A stretch of 40,826 bases of DNA, taken from the NCBI GenBank assembly GCA_040005235.1, contig JBDTZG010000048.1:1-40826 (forward strand). The letters are read 5' to 3'. The position numbers and the translations under genes are program-made. The notes under the pieces are model-generated. The model saw only the letters and a program-made list of their open reading frames with translations, did not search any database and was not told where the DNA came from. How positions within the stretch are numbered: the stretch's first letter is position 1; each line of letters begins with the position of its first letter. The DNA comes from Acidobacteriota bacterium (lineage in GTDB: Bacteria; Acidobacteriota; Thermoanaerobaculia; Multivoradales; UBA5704). This document shows, one piece after another, positions 38,044 through 40,826 of the stretch.

Positions 38044-38640
38044 TTAACTTCCTTTCGAACCCCCAAAGAGGGTTCTTCACTTCCGCCAACATGGCGGGGG
38101 ACGTTGGAGAACGAAAACGCGATGTCTGTCGGCTCGCCGTCTTTTATTCGACGGTTGGAGCTGCCTTGAGTCGGGAGCCCCGAAGCCTCGGTGCCACGTT
38201 TCAGGGAAGGGGACACCTTTGAGGCGCATTGCGTTGAGGTGAGAGGAGGGCTCGGGCAACCGAAATCAGCACTCTCCACCCAACTGAGCCGGATTTGCCC
38301 GGTTAACTCCGCAAGATCTTTGCGGGGTCCGGTCGCTGCCGAGAACTTGATCGCTCGGCGCAAGCCATGCGTTTTCTGTTGTTTGAACCGACGCGCCTCG
38401 CCTGGTAGACGAACTCCGATCACGAACATGATTTCCGCCTAAAGCCTGCTGCACCTCGCGCAGTCGGCAGCCGTTTTCGGCCCAGTGCGGTCGACCTCGA
38501 GGTCGCGCCCCATCTACACCTGTTTCGATCGCCATCCCGCGCTTCGCGTGAGAGTAAAATTGCCCTTGTCGCATCCCGACCGGCGAGCAACCGGTTCGGT
38601 CGTTCCGGAACAGCCTGGTCAAGCATAGGAGGACGTCAAA

Positions 38641-39090
38641 ATGCCAACAAACAAGCGAATCCAGTTCAGCACCACAATTGAAGCGCCACCGGCCAAAGTA
38701 TGGGAGACGATGCTCAGCGACGAAGGGTATCGCCAATGGGCGAGCGCCTTTGCGGAGGGCTGCTTCTTCGAGGGCTCTTGGGAAACGGGAAGCCGAATCC
38801 GCTTCCTGGGTCCTTCGGGCGAGGGCATGGTCTCCGAGATCGCGGAGTCGAGACCCCACGAGTTTCTCTCGATTCGACATCTGGGGACCCTCAAGGACGC
38901 GGTCGAGGATACCGAGAGCGAAGAGGTCCGAAGCTGGGCTCCGGCCTATGAGAACTACACCTTCGAAGGGGTACCCGAGGGCACGCGCCTGGTGGTCGAT
39001 CAGGACGCCGCGGCCGACTGGGAGAAGTACCTCAGGGACACTTGGCCCAAGGCCTTGGCTCACCTCAAACAGCTTTGCGAAGCGGGGTAG
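38641..39090 (+). CDS. SRPBCC domain protein
   Basis: F.T.I.AP..KVW..M.....Y..W..AF.EG..F.G.W..GS.I.F, WPKAL..LK.LCE; AGGAGG RBS. Confidence 0.9.
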   Translation: MPTNKRIQFSTTIEAPPAKVWETMLSDEGYRQWASAFAEGCFFEGSWETGSRIRFLGPSGEGMVSEIAESRPHEFLSIRHLGTLKDAVEDTESEEVRSWAPAYENYTFEGVPEGTRLVVDQDAAADWEKYLRDTWPKALAHLKQLCEAG

Positions 39091-39163
39091 CGAAGTAGCG
39101 AGGTAACCGGAGGAAACAACGGCCGGGAGAGGATTGCCCCCTCTCCCGGCCTCGAACGCCGGA

Positions 39164-39445
39164 TCAGGCCTCGGCGATCACGGATTGCCCTTCACTCCCC
39201 TTGCCTTCCGCCGCAACCTTCGCTTTGGCTTTGGCCGAGAGTCCCCGACGACGCATGTCCTGGGGCCGGATGCCGAGCCTCACCAGTTCCGGGTTCTTGA
39301 GTCCCAGGTAGGCTTGGAGGTGGGTTTTGAGCCGGGTGGCGTCCTCCGAGACCTTGCGGGCCAGATCCTGCCGCCGCTTGGCCAGGGTGCGCGCCTCGCC
39401 CAGGAGTTCCTGGATGCGGTGCGCCATGGCGCCGAGCTCGGCGGT
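39164..39445 (-). pseudogene. C-terminal fragment of a coiled-coil hypothetical protein
   Basis: Helical segment ending LG.KNPELVRLGIRP; abuts the truncated nucleotidyltransferase, no RBS. Confidence 0.45.
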
Positions 39446-39449
39446 CGAG

Positions 39450-39644
39450 GTTGGTGCCTAGGAACTGGCGAATTGCGCTCAGGACAAGCTCTGCGTTCTC
39501 CCGGGTCGGCTCGATGAAGACATCCAAGTCCTTGGTCGCACGCGGGCGGGCGTGAAAGGCGACGGCGTGGGCTCCGACGACGAGGTATCGAGCCTCAAGT
39601 CGATTCAAGAACTCGATGAACTCTTCGTAGTCGCGGGATCTCAC
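39450..39644 (-). pseudogene. 3'-truncated nucleotidyltransferase-family protein
   Basis: DYEEFI..LN...ARYLVVGAHAV.FH..PRATKDLD.FI; recognisable sequence ends after about 64 aa. Confidence 0.7.
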
Positions 39645-39822
39645 GGATCCCCTTCGTCTTCAGAGCGGAGAGTAGGCAGTCCTGAACCGCGTTGACACGC
39701 TCCGCAGGAGTGAGTCCTTCATACCAGAAGCGGAAATCCGCCTCCTCGGCTTCGGCCTCAGTGACGACCGTCGCCGTCCAGGTTCTGCCGTGCCGGTCGG
39801 TCGCCTGCCCTCTCTGTTGCAT
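39595..39822 (-). CDS. Small partner protein of the nucleotidyltransferase
   Basis: D..FW...TP.ERV.A...PRLRRV.RV pattern; overlaps the NTase start by 50 bp. Confidence 0.7.
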   Translation of the reverse strand: MQQRGQATDRHGRTWTATVVTEAEAEEADFRFWYEGLTPAERVNAVQDCLLSALKTKGIREIPRLRRVHRVLEST

Positions 39823-39899
39823 GCCAAGACGATAACACCTCGCGCTCGGCACGGTCCACAGTCTGACCCCCATGCTCCCGCCAGCATCTCCGCTTCAAA

Positions 39900-40232
39900 T
39901 TGAGGAGTTCGAGCGCCTACAACGTAAGGGGCCACTGGCGCGCCACCCAGGTGGAGCACAGAGCACTGATTCAAGAGGAATCCGAGCAACATCGGCTCAA
40001 CGCAAAACTGGCCCTAAAGTGCGAAGTCGAGGCCCTGCGGACACGTGGCTTCCTGGAGGCTGAGAGGGCCCGTATCTTGGCCGAGATCGAAAAGCTCCGC
40101 GAAGAGAGCAGCAGGCTGCAGGATTCCGGTTCTCCGACGCTCGACTGGCGTGAAGCCGAGGGTCTCCGGGAGAGTCTGAAGGACCTCAAAGCAAAGTACA
40201 CGGCTTTCGGAGGGACGATTCCCGCTGCCTGA
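39900..40232 (+). CDS. Coiled-coil hypothetical protein, possibly a fragment
   Basis: Charged helical ORF with TTG start and no clear RBS. Confidence 0.35.
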   Translation: MRSSSAYNVRGHWRATQVEHRALIQEESEQHRLNAKLALKCEVEALRTRGFLEAERARILAEIEKLREESSRLQDSGSPTLDWREAEGLRESLKDLKAKYTAFGGTIPAA

Positions 40233-40293
40233 CCGGCTGGCGCGACAAGATCTTCGCTCGCCGCTACCAGGCAATTGCCTGTAGACTTTCCCC

Positions 40294-40482
40294 ATGGCGA
40301 CCGCGAAGCAGGAAGTCCAGAAGTTCCTTGAAGCCCTGCCTGAGGAAGCTTCCTTGGAGGACATCCAGTACCACCTTTTCGTCCTTCAAAGGATCGAGCG
40401 GGGGCGACAGGATGTCGAGGCCGGGCGCGTGATCCCACAAGACGAGATCGAGCGCCGGATGGCCCGATGGCTCGAACGGTAA
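40294..40482 (+). CDS. Small antitoxin of a RelE/ParE module
   Basis: AK.EV...L..LP.EASLEDIQY.L.V...IE.G..D..AGR.I; overlaps the toxin start. Confidence 0.85.
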   Translation: MATAKQEVQKFLEALPEEASLEDIQYHLFVLQRIERGRQDVEAGRVIPQDEIERRMARWLER

Positions 40483-40781
40483 GCTGGACGAACACTGCTT
40501 GGCGCGACCTTGAGCTGATCGCCGGTTCCATCGCTGAGGATTCACCCGGCTACGCGGCGGCGTTTGTTGAACGCATCCGAGGCCAAGCCCGCTCCCTAGA
40601 TGACCTGTCTTTTCGAGGGCGGATGGTACCGGAGCTCGGAGAGGCCGCAGTGCGTGAGCTGCTGATCGGCAACTATCGCCCGATTTACGAGATCCACGAG
40701 ACGGCGGTTTATGTCCTGGGTGTAATTCACGGGGCGCGAGATCTCTTGGCGCTTTGGGACCCGGAAGCACGCCTCCCCTAG
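40467..40781 (+). CDS. RelE/ParE family toxin
   Basis: V.WT..A..DL..I...IA.DSP.YA, GR.VPE....VREL..GNYR.IY, V..VIHG.R. Confidence 0.9.
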   Translation: MARTVSWTNTAWRDLELIAGSIAEDSPGYAAAFVERIRGQARSLDDLSFRGRMVPELGEAAVRELLIGNYRPIYEIHETAVYVLGVIHGARDLLALWDPEARLP

Positions 40782-40826
40782 CAGCCCGTGGTGAAAGTCC
40801 GCCCAACCGGCGCAAGGCTCTGGTAA

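Noticed and set aside
38044-38640. Known riboswitch or tRNA in the long intergenic region
   Set aside because: No recognisable consensus for c-di-GMP, cobalamin, TPP, SAM riboswitches or a tRNA cloverleaf.

Overview
GC-rich bacterial window. The gene content (ELWxxDGT, FG-GAP/ASPIC-UnbV and TPR secreted proteins) suggests an Acidobacteriota/Thermoanaerobaculia-like organism; this is an inference. The core is RNase E (6.9-9.4 kb) followed by a compact respiratory operon (9.5-17.7 kb). It encodes alternative complex III membrane subunits ActC-ActD-ActF with no ActA, ActB or ActE, a secreted protein with an amicyanin-like type-1 copper motif, and an A-family heme-copper oxidase (coxI-III-IV-two small ORFs-coxII) whose subunit I lacks the K-channel lysine. 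No CxxCH heme-c motif is seen in the operon. A convergent three-gene unit (Mrp ATPase, Zn-ribbon/CP-motif/PCP_red protein, AhbD/NirJ-like radical SAM-SPASM with a PCP_red tail) abuts it. The rest comprises a leaderless ArsR-SRPBCC-DUF1801-VOC operon, an SDR-like/acyltransferase fusion upstream of a TPR-CRTAC1-TPR/FG-GAP operon, an ELWxxDGT protein, toxin-antitoxin modules (several broken), a 21-bp tandem repeat and a GTAG-type REP doublet. All family calls come from motif recognition by eye; no database search was run. No rRNA, tRNA, CRISPR or transposase was recognised.
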